NCBI GenBank assembly: GCA_963822445.1
Contig: CAWGHO010000001.1
Span: 192,001-256,000 of the forward strand
Source of the DNA: an uncultured Acidobacteriota bacterium
Lineage (GTDB): Bacteria; Acidobacteriota; Thermoanaerobaculia; Gp7-AA8
DNA length: 64,000 nucleotides
Reading direction: 5' to 3'
The translations under genes and the position numbers were made by a program. The notes under the pieces are model-generated. The model was not told where the DNA came from and ran no database searches. It saw only the letters and a program-made list of their open reading frames with translations. This document shows, in pieces, positions 1 to 9,672 of this stretch (position 1 is the stretch's first letter; the number at the start of each line of letters is the position of its first letter).

Positions 1-69
1 CGCGTAACGGCCTACGGATCGGTGATCGACGAGGTCACCCAGGATCCGACGTACGTGCCGGCGCAATAA
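1..69 (+). CDS. 3' end of a large secreted protein, paralog of the 167..8323 protein (partial)
   Basis: Frame 1 reads RVTAYGSVIDEVTQDPTYVPAQ*, identical to the last 22 aa of ORF 167..8323. Confidence 0.9.
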   Translation, partial: RVTAYGSVIDEVTQDPTYVPAQ

Positions 70-82
70 CCCGCCTTCTCCC

Positions 83-114
83 CGGGAGCGACGGCCGTCA
101 CGGCCGCCGCTCCC
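83..114. terminator. GC-rich hairpin after the upstream paralog (terminator or REP-like)
   Basis: GGGAGCGACGGCCG-TCA-CGGCCGCCGCTCCC inverted repeat with 1 mismatch just after the TAA at 67-69; no U-tract. Confidence 0.45.
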
Positions 115-166
115 CCCGGGGGCGTAAAATCGCCCATTCGCCGCCTGGTGCCTCGGAGGACTGTGT

Positions 167-3100
167 ATGGGCTCTCGTTTCCAGTGGTTCGTTGTGACTC
201 TGGTTCTCTGCGCGGCATCGGCAGCGCAGGCCGGTTCGTACACCGTGACGACTACGGCCGACAGCGGGGCCGGCTCGCTGCGCCAAGGCATCCTGGACGC
301 GAACTCGGCGACGTGCACGAGTCCGTGCACGATCCAGTTCGACGCCACGCTCTTCGCGACGACGCAGACCATCAACACGGCCTCGAATCTCTCCATCACC
401 GCGAGTAACGTCACCATCGACGGATTCGCGAACGGGGTCGGCTCGGCCAACAACAGCGCGTTCGGGAGCTCGGACAACTCCGTGCAGCGCGTGGTCGTCA
501 ACGGTCCGTCGACGACCTGTTGCCCGGTGATCACCATCTCCGGCTCGAACGTCACGATCCGCGGCCTGGTCATTCAGGACGGCCAGACGGGCATCACTGT
601 CAGTGGAACCGGGAGCGCGACGATCGCCGGCTGCAAGATCGGCACGAATGCCCTCGGTACGGCCGCGGTCCCGAACCTCATCGGAATCTCCGTGAGCGGA
701 ACCAGCCCCACGGCCACGATCGGCGGCTCCAATGCGGCCGACCGCAACCTCATCAGCGGCAACAGCGGTTCGGGCATCAGCCTGGCCTCTGCCGGCAACG
801 TCGTGATCGGCAATTACATCGGCACGACCGCGCTGGGCTCCGCCTTTCTCGCCAACGCCACCGGTGTGAGTGTCTCGAACAGCAATAACACCGTCGGCAA
901 CACGTCGATGGGCAACGTCATCAGCGGCAATACGGGCCGAGGCATCGACGTCCTGCTCGGCACCGGCACGGCCATGGGCAACAACCGCATCGGCACCAAC
1001 ATCAGCGGAACGGCCGCTGTGGCGAACAACGCCGGCATCTTCGTCGGCGGCGGGGGCACGCCCGGAAGTGTCAGCATCGGCGGCACAGGACAGCCCAACC
1101 TGATCTCCGGCAATACGACCAGCGGCATCGAGATCAACAACTCCAGCGGGTCGAACATCGTGTCGTTCAACTTCATCGGATTGAACGACGGGTCCAGCGC
1201 AACGATCCCCAACGGCGGTACGGGAATCGTCCTCACGGCGATCGGCTCTTCGAACACGATCACCAACAACCGCATCGGCGGCAACGCCTTCTACGGCATG
1301 ACCCTCAACGGCGGCGCCGACACCACCATCCAGAACAACTTCATCGGCTACGTCAGCGGCACGCCCCGCCCCAATGGCCTCGGCGGAGTCCGCATCACCG
1401 CGGCGACCGGCACCACGACCGTCTTCGCGAACTCCATCCGTAACAACGGCGGCGTGGGGGTGGACGTCGATGGTGTGATCATCGGCGTAGCCATCAAGCA
1501 GAACGAGATCGCGGACAACACGGGCATCGGCATCGATCTGAAAAACGGATCCGGATCGCTCGGCGCGACGGCCAACGACGCCGGTGACACCGACACCGGG
1601 GCCGGCAACCACCTCCAGAACTTCCCCGCCATCACGTCGGCGTCCGTGGACGGCCCGACCGGCTCGTCGACGCTGACCCTCAAGTTCAACGTGGACTCCG
1701 CCAACGTCGGAACGACCCTGGGGATTCGCGCCGAGGCGTTCAAGGCCGACACCGATCCGACCAATCCCGAGGGACTCACGTTCCTTCAGGGGCAGTGCTT
1801 CGCGAGCAACAACATCAGCAATGCCACGATGACCATCCCCACCGCGGGCGTCGCCCCCGGCGACAAGATCGTGATGACCGCGACCAGCTACACGAACACG
1901 ATCTGCTCCAGTGTCAACGAGGGAACCTCGGAGTTCTCGCCCGGTGCGACCGTCGCCGTGGCACCAGGCTTCGTCATCAACACGAACAACTCCGGCGCGG
2001 GGTCCCTGCGCCAGGCCATCACCGACGCGAACAGCGGCGCGTGCGCATCGCCCTGCGCGATCACCTTCAACATCCCGAACACCGATCCGAACTTCTCGGG
2101 CGGCGTTTACACCATCCGCCCGACCACGGCGCTCCCCGACATCCTGGCTTCGAACACCACCATCGATGGTGCGACGCAGACGGTGTTCGGCGGCGACACG
2201 AACCTGAGCGGCCCGGAGATCGTCATCAACGGCTCGCTCATCACCGGGGCCTCGGCCGGTCTGCAGATCGCCGCGCTAACCGCCGGCCAGGGCAACAACA
2301 TCGCCATTCGCAATGTCGTGGTGAACGGCTTCCCGAACGAGGGCATCTTCCTGGACGGATCGGCGCTGGCCTTGACGAACATCTCCATCACCGGGAACTA
2401 CGTCGGCACCGATCCGACCGGCACCAGCGCCGTCCCGAACGCCACCACCGGGATCTACGTGGGCGGTCTCGTGAGCGGTGCCTTCATCGGCACGCAGAGC
2501 AACGGCAATCTCATTTCAGGCAACACCCAGAACGGCATCATCCTCGACGGGGCGAGCGGCAACTTCGTCCAGAGCAACATCATCGGCCTCAATGCCTCCG
2601 GCACCGCCGCCCTTCCCAACGGCTTCGTAGGCATCCAGATCAGCGGCGCGGCGCAGAACAACACGATCGGCGGCGGCGTCGCCGGCACGGGCAATACCGT
2701 CTCCGGCAACCTGCGGCAAGGCATCGCCATCCTGGACAGCGGCACGAACGGCAACGTCGTTCAAGGGAACTACATCGGCACCGATACGTCCGCCGGCACT
2801 GCCATCGGCAACGGCTGGGCAGGCATCGGGATCTGGAACGGCGCGCAGAGCAACACCATCGGCGGCACGACCCTCGGCGAAGGCAACGTCATCTCCGGGA
2901 ACGGCGAGGACGGCGTCGCCATCCGCGATCTCAACACTTCTTCGAACATTCTCGCCGGCAACTACATCGGCACGAACGCCTCCGGTTTCCTCGCCGTCCC
3001 CAACGGCTGGTACGGCGTGGACATCTTCAGCGCCGCCACGAACAACACCGTGGGCGGCAGCGTCGTTTCGGCGATGAACGTCATCTCCGGCAACACTCTC

Positions 3101-6100
3101 GGAGGCGTGCTCCTCTCCGACTCCGGCACTACCGGAAACGTGATCAGCGCAAACCGCATCGGCCTCAATGGCGTCGGGAGCGGGGCGCTCGCGAACCTCG
3201 GCCCCGGTGTGCTCATCGCCGCCGGTGCATCCGGCAACACCCTCGGCGGCGGCACGGTGGCCGCCAACGCCATCGCTCACAACGGCGCGGCCGGCGTGGC
3301 CGTCACGGGCGCCTCGATCGAAAACAACATCCGCTACAACTCGATCTTCTCCAACACCGGCCTGGGCATCGACCTCGCGAACAACGGGGTCACGGCGAAC
3401 GACGCGGGCGACGGCGACAGCGGCCCGAACGCGCTGCAGAACTTCCCAATCCTCGCGATGGCCAGCTACAACAGCGTTTCGAACCAGACCACGATCAGCG
3501 GCACGCTCAACAGCCTTCCTAGCACGCAGTTCGACATCGACTGGTATTCGAACACGGCCCTCGACGGCAGCGGCCACGGCGAAGGCGAGGTCTACGAAAC
3601 GACATCGACCTTCACCACCGACGCACTCGGCAACGCCAACGTCAGCATCATCCTGCCCGGCAATCGCCGCACCTCGAACATCGTCGCAACAGCGAGCCGC
3701 GTCAACGGACCGGTGCGCGAGACATCGGAATTCAGCGCGACCGCGCCGAACAATCCTCCCGTGGCGAACAACGACACGCCGCCCGCGACGAACGAGGACA
3801 CGCCCACGACGTTCGATCCGCGCGCGAACGACAGCGATCCGGAAGGCGGAACGTTCACCATCACCTCGAACACGCAGCCTTCGCCGAGCGCTGGCTCGGT
3901 CACCTGCTCGGCGACTTCGTGCACTTTCACGCCGGTCGCGGATTACAACGGTCCGGCCTCGTTCAACTACACCATCACCGACGACCTCGGCGCGACCGCG
4001 ACCGCCACGGTGAACATCACCGTCAACGCCGTCAACGACCCGCCCGTCGCAAACACCGACGCGATCAACACCTCTGAAGACACGCAAGGCGCGGTGAACG
4101 TGCTGACCAATGACACCGACGTCGATGGGCCGTCCGCGCTCAGCGTCACCGGCAACACGAACGGCGCGAACGGAACGGCTGTTTGTTCTCCGATCGGCAA
4201 CTGCACCTACACGCCGAACCCGGACTTCAACGGCGCCGACTCGTTCACGTACACGGTCAGCGACAGCTCCGCTGCCTCAGTCGGCACGGTCAACGTCACT
4301 GTCAACGCCACGAACGATCCGCCGGTCGCCAACCCCGACGCGATCAACACCACCGAAGACACGCCGAACTCGGTGAACGTGCTCACGAACGACACCGACG
4401 TCGACGGACCGTCCGCCCTCACCGTCACCGGCAACACCAACGGCACCAAAGGCAACGTGGTCTGCACGGCCGCCGGAGGGTGCACGTACACGCCGAACCC
4501 CGATGAGAACGGCGCGGACTCGTTTACTTACACCGTCAGCGACGGCGTCGCGTCCACGGTCGGCACCGTCAACGTGAACATCAGTTCCGTGAACGATCCG
4601 CCGGTCGCGAACACCGACGGGCTGGGTACGACCGAAGACACGCCCAACAGCGTCAATGTGCTGGCCAACGACACCGACGTGGATGGACCGTCCGCCCTCA
4701 CCGTCACCGGCAACACCAACGGCACGAAGGGGACCGCGGTCTGCACCGCGGCCGGGTCATGCACGTACACGCCGAATCCCGATCAGACCGGGACGGACTC
4801 CTTTACGTACACGGTCAGCGACGGCCTCGGCTCGTCGGTGGGCACGGTCAACGTCAACATCACCGCCACCAACGATCCGCCGCTTGCCAACCCCGACACG
4901 ATCAACACGGCCGAAGACTCCCCGGGCTCGGTGAACGTGCTGACGAACGACACCGACGTGGATGGACCGTCCGCGCTCAGCGTCACCGGCAACACCAACG
5001 GCACGAAGGGCAGCGCGGTCTGCACGGCTGCCGGCAACTGCACCTACACGCCGAATCCCAATCAGAACGGCGCGGACTCGTTCACGTACACCGTCAGTGA
5101 CGGCAGCGCATCCTCCGTCGGCACCGTCAACGTCAACATCGGCTCCGTGAACGATCCGCCCGTCGCCAATGCGGATGCCCTCACCACGAACGCGAACACG
5201 CCTGGCTCGGTCAACGTGCTCACCAACGACACCGACATCGACGGACCGTCGCCGCTGACCGTGACCGGCAACACCAATGGCACAAAAGGCACGGCCACGT
5301 GCACGGCCGCCGGCAACTGCACCTACACCCCGAACCTCAACGAGAGCGGCGGCGACTCCTTCACGTACACGGTCTTCGATGGAGCGTCGAGCGCCACCGG
5401 AACGGTCAGCGTGACCATCGGCTCGCCCAATTCTCCGCCCAACGCCGTCGACGATTTCGCCGACACGGTTCAGAACACCGCGGTGACCATCAACGTTCTG
5501 GCCAACGACTCCGATCCGGAGAGTCAGCCGCTGACGCTCGTCGCCAACACGCAGCCGGCCAACGGCGGGGTTTCCTGCCAGCCCGACGGCAATTGCACGT
5601 ACACACCGAACAGCGGCTTCACCGGTGTCGACTCCTTCACCTACACCGTTCAGGACAGCGTCGGCGCAACCAGCAATGCCACGGTGGCCATCAACGTCAG
5701 CGGCTGCCCCGAGGCGCCGGCGTTCCTCAGTCCCGCTCCGAATGCGACCGGTGTTCGGACCACGGGAAGGCTCTCGTGGGACAACACCGGCGCGGACTCC
5801 TACAACGTTTACCTCGGCCGCGCCGACGGCGACGGTTGCGACCCGCTGATCGGCTCGACGCTCGGGACGTCCATCTCGTACGCGAACCTCGAGCCCAACA
5901 CCCGTTACCTCTGGCGCGTCGAAGCGGTCAGGCAGGGCTGCCAGCCCGCCTCTAGCGCATGCGTCGCATTCACGACCGGTCCGGCTTGCAACGTATCTCT
6001 GACGCTCGTGAAGCCGCTCGGCGGAACCGTGGCGTCGCCCATCGAGTTCGAATGGCAGGCCGTCAGCGGCGCCACGGCGTACACGGTCTTCGCGAAGATC

Positions 6101-8323
6101 GGCGGCGGCGACTTCACGGAGCTCGGAACGACGACGTCGACGAAGCTCACGGCATCACTCGGTTCCGACGGCTCTATGGAGTGGTTCGTCATCGCGACCA
6201 TTCCTGGCTGCGGCAACGTCCAGTCGCCTGTCGCCGCCTTCAACCTCTGCAACAGACCGGGCAGACCTCTGGCCCGCGTCGTCGGTGAAGCCACTTCCGG
6301 CCAGCTCTACCGCGTCGAGTGGGACGCCGTTCCCAACGCCGTACGCTATGAAGTCGACCAGGCCACCAACGCCGCTTTCACCGGCGCCACCACCATCTCC
6401 ACCACGGACCTTTTCGTTGCCTACCGGCACGAGCTGACCAACGGCGCTCAGCCGTTCCACTACCGCGTCCGCGCCTTCACGGCGTGCACGCCAACCGCCG
6501 GGGACTACTCCGTTCCCATCCGCATCGTCATCATCCCGATCCCGGATCCGAGCGAACCGAACCCGAGCACGAACGTCCCCGCCGGCAGCGAGGAAGTGGT
6601 CGTGCAGACGGTCTTCATTCCGGGCGAGCCGGGACAGAACCTGCTCTATACCGCCACGACGGACCGTCCGTGGCTGACGGTGCGCCCGCAGCAGGGCGTG
6701 ATCACGCCCGCCGGCATCAACCTCGAAGTCATCGCCGATCCGAAGACGCTGCCGAACGGCACGTTCACGGCGAGCATCATCGTCACCATCACCGACGGCA
6801 CCAGCGGCCGCATCGGCACGCACGGCACGACCGTGAAGACCACGCCGTTCTCCATCAACCTGGTCACTCCGGTCTCGCCGGTCGCGTCCAAGCCGGCGAC
6901 CTCGCAGTACGCGCTGATCATTCCCACCGCCGGTCACCTCGACGGCGTGAACTCGCACTGGCAGTCCGACATCCGCGTGACCAACGCCGGGTTCAGATCG
7001 GCGCGCTATCAGTTGACGTTCACGCCGTCGGGCGGCACGAATCAGGGCGTGAAGCAGACGAACATCAACGTCGATGCCGGAGCAACGACCGCGCTCGACG
7101 ACATTGTCCGCAACTGGTTCGGTCTGGGCACGCTCAACGACGGCGCGAACGGCATGCTGGAGATCCTGCCGCTCGATGACGCGGCCACGACCTCACTCAC
7201 CACCGTCGCGTCGAGCCGCACCTACAACGTCACCGGCAATGGAACCCTCGGCCAGTACATCCCGGCCGTGCCCTTCCCGAGCTTCATCGGCAGAGCCTTG
7301 CCGAACGCATTGCCGCAGGTTCTCAGCCTCCAGCAGATCGCGCAGTCCGCGCAGTACCGCACCAACGTCGGTCTCGCCGAAGCGGGTGGCGCGTCTGTCA
7401 ACGCCGTCCTGAGCGTCTTCAACTCGGGCGGCTCGAAGCTCGCCGAGATCCCCGTCGAGCTCGCGGCCGGCCAGCAGTTGCAGATGAACCAGCTCCTCGC
7501 GACGCGCGGGATCCAGCTGAACGACGGCCGCATCGAGGTGAAGGTCACCGGCGGCGACGGCAAGATCACCGCGTACGCCTCGGTCGTCGACAGTGCAACG
7601 CAGGATCCGCTGCTCGTCAGCGGCACGCCGCTTTCGGGCTCCGGCTCCACGAAGTTCGTCCTGCCCGGCGTCGCGAATCTCGACAATGCGGTCGCGCACT
7701 GGCGCACGGACATGCGCGTGTTCAACTACGGCACGAGCTCGCAATCGGCGACGCTGACCTTCTTCCCGTTCAACAACGGTCCCTCGAAGTCGGTCCAGGT
7801 GTCGCTGCCGGTCGGACAGGTGATGACCCTCGACAATGTTCTGACGACGCAGTTCGGGTCGGAGAACACCGGCGGCGTGGTGCATCTCACGACGGCGAAT
7901 CCGGCTTCGCTCGTCGTCACGGGCCGCACTTACAACCAGACCGCCAACGGTACGCTCGGCCAGTTCGTGCCGGCAGTCACCGTCGATCAGGCTGTCGGCG
8001 TGAACGAGCGCACGCTGCACATCCTGCAGGTCGAGGACTCGACGCGGTATCGCACGAACGTCGGCCTGGCCGAGGTGACTGGCAAGCCGGTGACGGTGGA
8101 GATGCAGGTCGTGCTGCCTGACTCGAAGATCACCCCGACGATCCAGATCCCGCTCGCGGCGAACGAGTTCAGACAGTTCAACGTGATCCGGGACCTCGGC
8201 GTCGGGAACGTCTACAACGCGCGCATCACCGTGCGCGTCATCGACGGTCAGGGCCGCGTCACGGCGTACGGCTCGGTGATCGACGAGGTGACGCAGGATC
8301 CGACGTACGTACCGGCACAGTAG
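167..8323 (+). CDS. Giant secreted/surface protein (2718 aa): two parallel beta-helix modules, 7 Big_9/tandem-95 Ig-like repeats, FN3-like and BACON-like domains, duplicated C-terminal beta-sandwich pair
   Basis: Signal peptide (…ASAAQA|GS). GAGSLRQ(G/A)I motif twice. Many GNxIG/NxISGN repeats. QNFP…TSEFS ends each helix module. NDPPVANxD…GxDSFTYTVSD repeats. C-terminal units end in VVDSATQDP and VIDEVTQDP. Confidence 0.93.
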   Translation: MGSRFQWFVVTLVLCAASAAQAGSYTVTTTADSGAGSLRQGILDANSATCTSPCTIQFDATLFATTQTINTASNLSITASNVTIDGFANGVGSANNSAFGSSDNSVQRVVVNGPSTTCCPVITISGSNVTIRGLVIQDGQTGITVSGTGSATIAGCKIGTNALGTAAVPNLIGISVSGTSPTATIGGSNAADRNLISGNSGSGISLASAGNVVIGNYIGTTALGSAFLANATGVSVSNSNNTVGNTSMGNVISGNTGRGIDVLLGTGTAMGNNRIGTNISGTAAVANNAGIFVGGGGTPGSVSIGGTGQPNLISGNTTSGIEINNSSGSNIVSFNFIGLNDGSSATIPNGGTGIVLTAIGSSNTITNNRIGGNAFYGMTLNGGADTTIQNNFIGYVSGTPRPNGLGGVRITAATGTTTVFANSIRNNGGVGVDVDGVIIGVAIKQNEIADNTGIGIDLKNGSGSLGATANDAGDTDTGAGNHLQNFPAITSASVDGPTGSSTLTLKFNVDSANVGTTLGIRAEAFKADTDPTNPEGLTFLQGQCFASNNISNATMTIPTAGVAPGDKIVMTATSYTNTICSSVNEGTSEFSPGATVAVAPGFVINTNNSGAGSLRQAITDANSGACASPCAITFNIPNTDPNFSGGVYTIRPTTALPDILASNTTIDGATQTVFGGDTNLSGPEIVINGSLITGASAGLQIAALTAGQGNNIAIRNVVVNGFPNEGIFLDGSALALTNISITGNYVGTDPTGTSAVPNATTGIYVGGLVSGAFIGTQSNGNLISGNTQNGIILDGASGNFVQSNIIGLNASGTAALPNGFVGIQISGAAQNNTIGGGVAGTGNTVSGNLRQGIAILDSGTNGNVVQGNYIGTDTSAGTAIGNGWAGIGIWNGAQSNTIGGTTLGEGNVISGNGEDGVAIRDLNTSSNILAGNYIGTNASGFLAVPNGWYGVDIFSAATNNTVGGSVVSAMNVISGNTLGGVLLSDSGTTGNVISANRIGLNGVGSGALANLGPGVLIAAGASGNTLGGGTVAANAIAHNGAAGVAVTGASIENNIRYNSIFSNTGLGIDLANNGVTANDAGDGDSGPNALQNFPILAMASYNSVSNQTTISGTLNSLPSTQFDIDWYSNTALDGSGHGEGEVYETTSTFTTDALGNANVSIILPGNRRTSNIVATASRVNGPVRETSEFSATAPNNPPVANNDTPPATNEDTPTTFDPRANDSDPEGGTFTITSNTQPSPSAGSVTCSATSCTFTPVADYNGPASFNYTITDDLGATATATVNITVNAVNDPPVANTDAINTSEDTQGAVNVLTNDTDVDGPSALSVTGNTNGANGTAVCSPIGNCTYTPNPDFNGADSFTYTVSDSSAASVGTVNVTVNATNDPPVANPDAINTTEDTPNSVNVLTNDTDVDGPSALTVTGNTNGTKGNVVCTAAGGCTYTPNPDENGADSFTYTVSDGVASTVGTVNVNISSVNDPPVANTDGLGTTEDTPNSVNVLANDTDVDGPSALTVTGNTNGTKGTAVCTAAGSCTYTPNPDQTGTDSFTYTVSDGLGSSVGTVNVNITATNDPPLANPDTINTAEDSPGSVNVLTNDTDVDGPSALSVTGNTNGTKGSAVCTAAGNCTYTPNPNQNGADSFTYTVSDGSASSVGTVNVNIGSVNDPPVANADALTTNANTPGSVNVLTNDTDIDGPSPLTVTGNTNGTKGTATCTAAGNCTYTPNLNESGGDSFTYTVFDGASSATGTVSVTIGSPNSPPNAVDDFADTVQNTAVTINVLANDSDPESQPLTLVANTQPANGGVSCQPDGNCTYTPNSGFTGVDSFTYTVQDSVGATSNATVAINVSGCPEAPAFLSPAPNATGVRTTGRLSWDNTGADSYNVYLGRADGDGCDPLIGSTLGTSISYANLEPNTRYLWRVEAVRQGCQPASSACVAFTTGPACNVSLTLVKPLGGTVASPIEFEWQAVSGATAYTVFAKIGGGDFTELGTTTSTKLTASLGSDGSMEWFVIATIPGCGNVQSPVAAFNLCNRPGRPLARVVGEATSGQLYRVEWDAVPNAVRYEVDQATNAAFTGATTISTTDLFVAYRHELTNGAQPFHYRVRAFTACTPTAGDYSVPIRIVIIPIPDPSEPNPSTNVPAGSEEVVVQTVFIPGEPGQNLLYTATTDRPWLTVRPQQGVITPAGINLEVIADPKTLPNGTFTASIIVTITDGTSGRIGTHGTTVKTTPFSINLVTPVSPVASKPATSQYALIIPTAGHLDGVNSHWQSDIRVTNAGFRSARYQLTFTPSGGTNQGVKQTNINVDAGATTALDDIVRNWFGLGTLNDGANGMLEILPLDDAATTSLTTVASSRTYNVTGNGTLGQYIPAVPFPSFIGRALPNALPQVLSLQQIAQSAQYRTNVGLAEAGGASVNAVLSVFNSGGSKLAEIPVELAAGQQLQMNQLLATRGIQLNDGRIEVKVTGGDGKITAYASVVDSATQDPLLVSGTPLSGSGSTKFVLPGVANLDNAVAHWRTDMRVFNYGTSSQSATLTFFPFNNGPSKSVQVSLPVGQVMTLDNVLTTQFGSENTGGVVHLTTANPASLVVTGRTYNQTANGTLGQFVPAVTVDQAVGVNERTLHILQVEDSTRYRTNVGLAEVTGKPVTVEMQVVLPDSKITPTIQIPLAANEFRQFNVIRDLGVGNVYNARITVRVIDGQGRVTAYGSVIDEVTQDPTYVPAQ
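3751..5706 (+). repeat. Seven intragenic ~279-bp (93-aa) Ig-like Big_9 tandem repeats
   Basis: Units start near 3751, 4030, 4310, 4590, 4870, 5150 and 5430. Each has a Cys pair (e.g. VCTAAGxCTYTP). Confidence 0.9.
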
Positions 8324-8326
8324 CTG

Positions 8327-8393
8327 CGTGTAGTGTGGGCGTCCCGCCTACCTTCGGTTCCCCCCGAGGTAGGCCAGAGGCCCACACTACACG
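8327..8393. repeat. GTAG-type REP doublet (REPIN-like)
   Basis: CGTGTAGTGTGGGC…GCCTACCT…AGGTAGGC…GCCCACACTACACG: two inverted REP-like units, each starting with GTAG. Confidence 0.7.
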
Positions 8394-8418
8394 GGGCCCG
8401 CTGCTATCGTTCGGCCGC

Positions 8419-8973
8419 ATGTTCAATCTCCTCGTGCTCGACCACTTCCTCGACCCCGAGGCGCGCGCGGCGCTTCTGCGCGAGCTCGAGTCAGCGAGCG
8501 GTGCCGAGGCGGAGGTGTACGGCGCGAGTGCGAGTGGCGCGGTCGACGCCCGTACGCGCAGTGCGAAAAAGCTCGTCGTCGCACCGGCGACGCGAGAGAT
8601 GGTGCGGACGGCGTTCGGCAACGTGCAGCAAAAGCTCGAGCAGCATTTCGCGATCCCACTCACCTCGTTCGAAGCACCGCAATTCCTTCGCTACCAGACC
8701 GGCGATTTCTTCGTCGCGCATCAGGACGGCAACACCCCGGTCATCCACGACGACGCCAGGCACCGCCGCGTGTCCGTGGTCGTGTTCCTCAGCGACGAGA
8801 GCGCGTACTCCGGCGGCTCGCTCGTGCTGCACGGCCGTTATCCCGACTTCGACAAGCGTCATCCCGTGCCCTCCGCGCCGGGCTCGCTGATCGCCTTCCC
8901 GTCCGAGACGACGCATGAAGTCACGCCGCTGACGGACGGCCATCGCTACACCATCGTTACCTGGTTCCGGTGA
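8419..8973 (+). CDS. 2OG-Fe(II) oxygenase (PKHD/prolyl hydroxylase-like)
   Basis: HQD…H(EVTP)…R(YTIVTW) metal and 2OG-binding motifs. ATG at 8419 follows a TATCGT -10 box. Confidence 0.88.
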   Translation: MFNLLVLDHFLDPEARAALLRELESASGAEAEVYGASASGAVDARTRSAKKLVVAPATREMVRTAFGNVQQKLEQHFAIPLTSFEAPQFLRYQTGDFFVAHQDGNTPVIHDDARHRRVSVVVFLSDESAYSGGSLVLHGRYPDFDKRHPVPSAPGSLIAFPSETTHEVTPLTDGHRYTIVTWFR

Positions 8974-9672
8974 TCAGCCGAGATCGAAGAGGAGCAACTC
9001 GGCGGCTTCGGTGGCTACGATGGCGAGCGTCGACTCGTTCTCGATCGCGGCGCCGTCGCCGGCGTTGACCGCAGTGCCGTTGACGGTCACGCTGCCGCGC
9101 GCGACCTGCAGCCAGGCGCCGCGGCCCTCCGCGAGTGAATGCTCGACGCGTTGTCCGTCATCGAGAATCGACGCGAACACCCGCGCGTCCTGATGAATCT
9201 TCAGCGCGCCCTCTTCGCCGCTCGGCGCGACGACCAGCCGCAGTTTCCCGCGACGCTCGTCATCGGGAAACATCTTCTGTTCGTATCCCGGCTCGATCCC
9301 GGCGCGCTCGGGCATGATCCAGATCTGGAAAAAGTGCACCGGCTCGGAATCCGATCCATTGAACTCGCTGTGCACCACGCCGGTTCCCGCGCTCATCCGC
9401 TGCACTTCGCCGCGGCGCAGCACGCCGTCGCCGCCGGTGCTGTCTTTGTGGGCAAGCGCGCCTTCCATGACGATGGAGATGATCTCCATGTTCTCGTGCT
9501 GGTGCGCGCCGAAGCCGCGCCCCGGTGCAACGGTGTCCTCGTTGATCACCCGCAACGTGCGGAAGCCCATGTGCCGCGGGTCGTAATAATTCGCGAAGGA
9601 AAAGGTGTGTTGCGACTTGAGCCAGCCGTGATCGCCCAGCCCCCGCGCCGCCGACTTCCGAACAGTGATCAT
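8974..9672 (-). CDS. Pirin family protein (YhhW-like)
   Basis: HTFSFANYYDP, LRVINED, HQHENMEI, MSAGTGVVHSE, QIWI motifs. Confidence 0.93.
   Translation of the reverse strand: MITVRKSAARGLGDHGWLKSQHTFSFANYYDPRHMGFRTLRVINEDTVAPGRGFGAHQHENMEIISIVMEGALAHKDSTGGDGVLRRGEVQRMSAGTGVVHSEFNGSDSEPVHFFQIWIMPERAGIEPGYEQKMFPDDERRGKLRLVVAPSGEEGALKIHQDARVFASILDDGQRVEHSLAEGRGAWLQVARGSVTVNGTAVNAGDGAAIENESTLAIVATEAAELLLFDLG

Noticed and set aside
1-69. Repeat pair 1..69 / 8255..8323 as a DGR template/variable repeat
   Set aside because: Differences are all synonymous and include C/G changes, not adenine-specific, and no reverse transcriptase is present.
98-8020. Long alternative-frame and antisense ORFs over the giant gene
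   Set aside because: Arg/Gly/His-rich translations expected from high-GC codon bias; no motifs.
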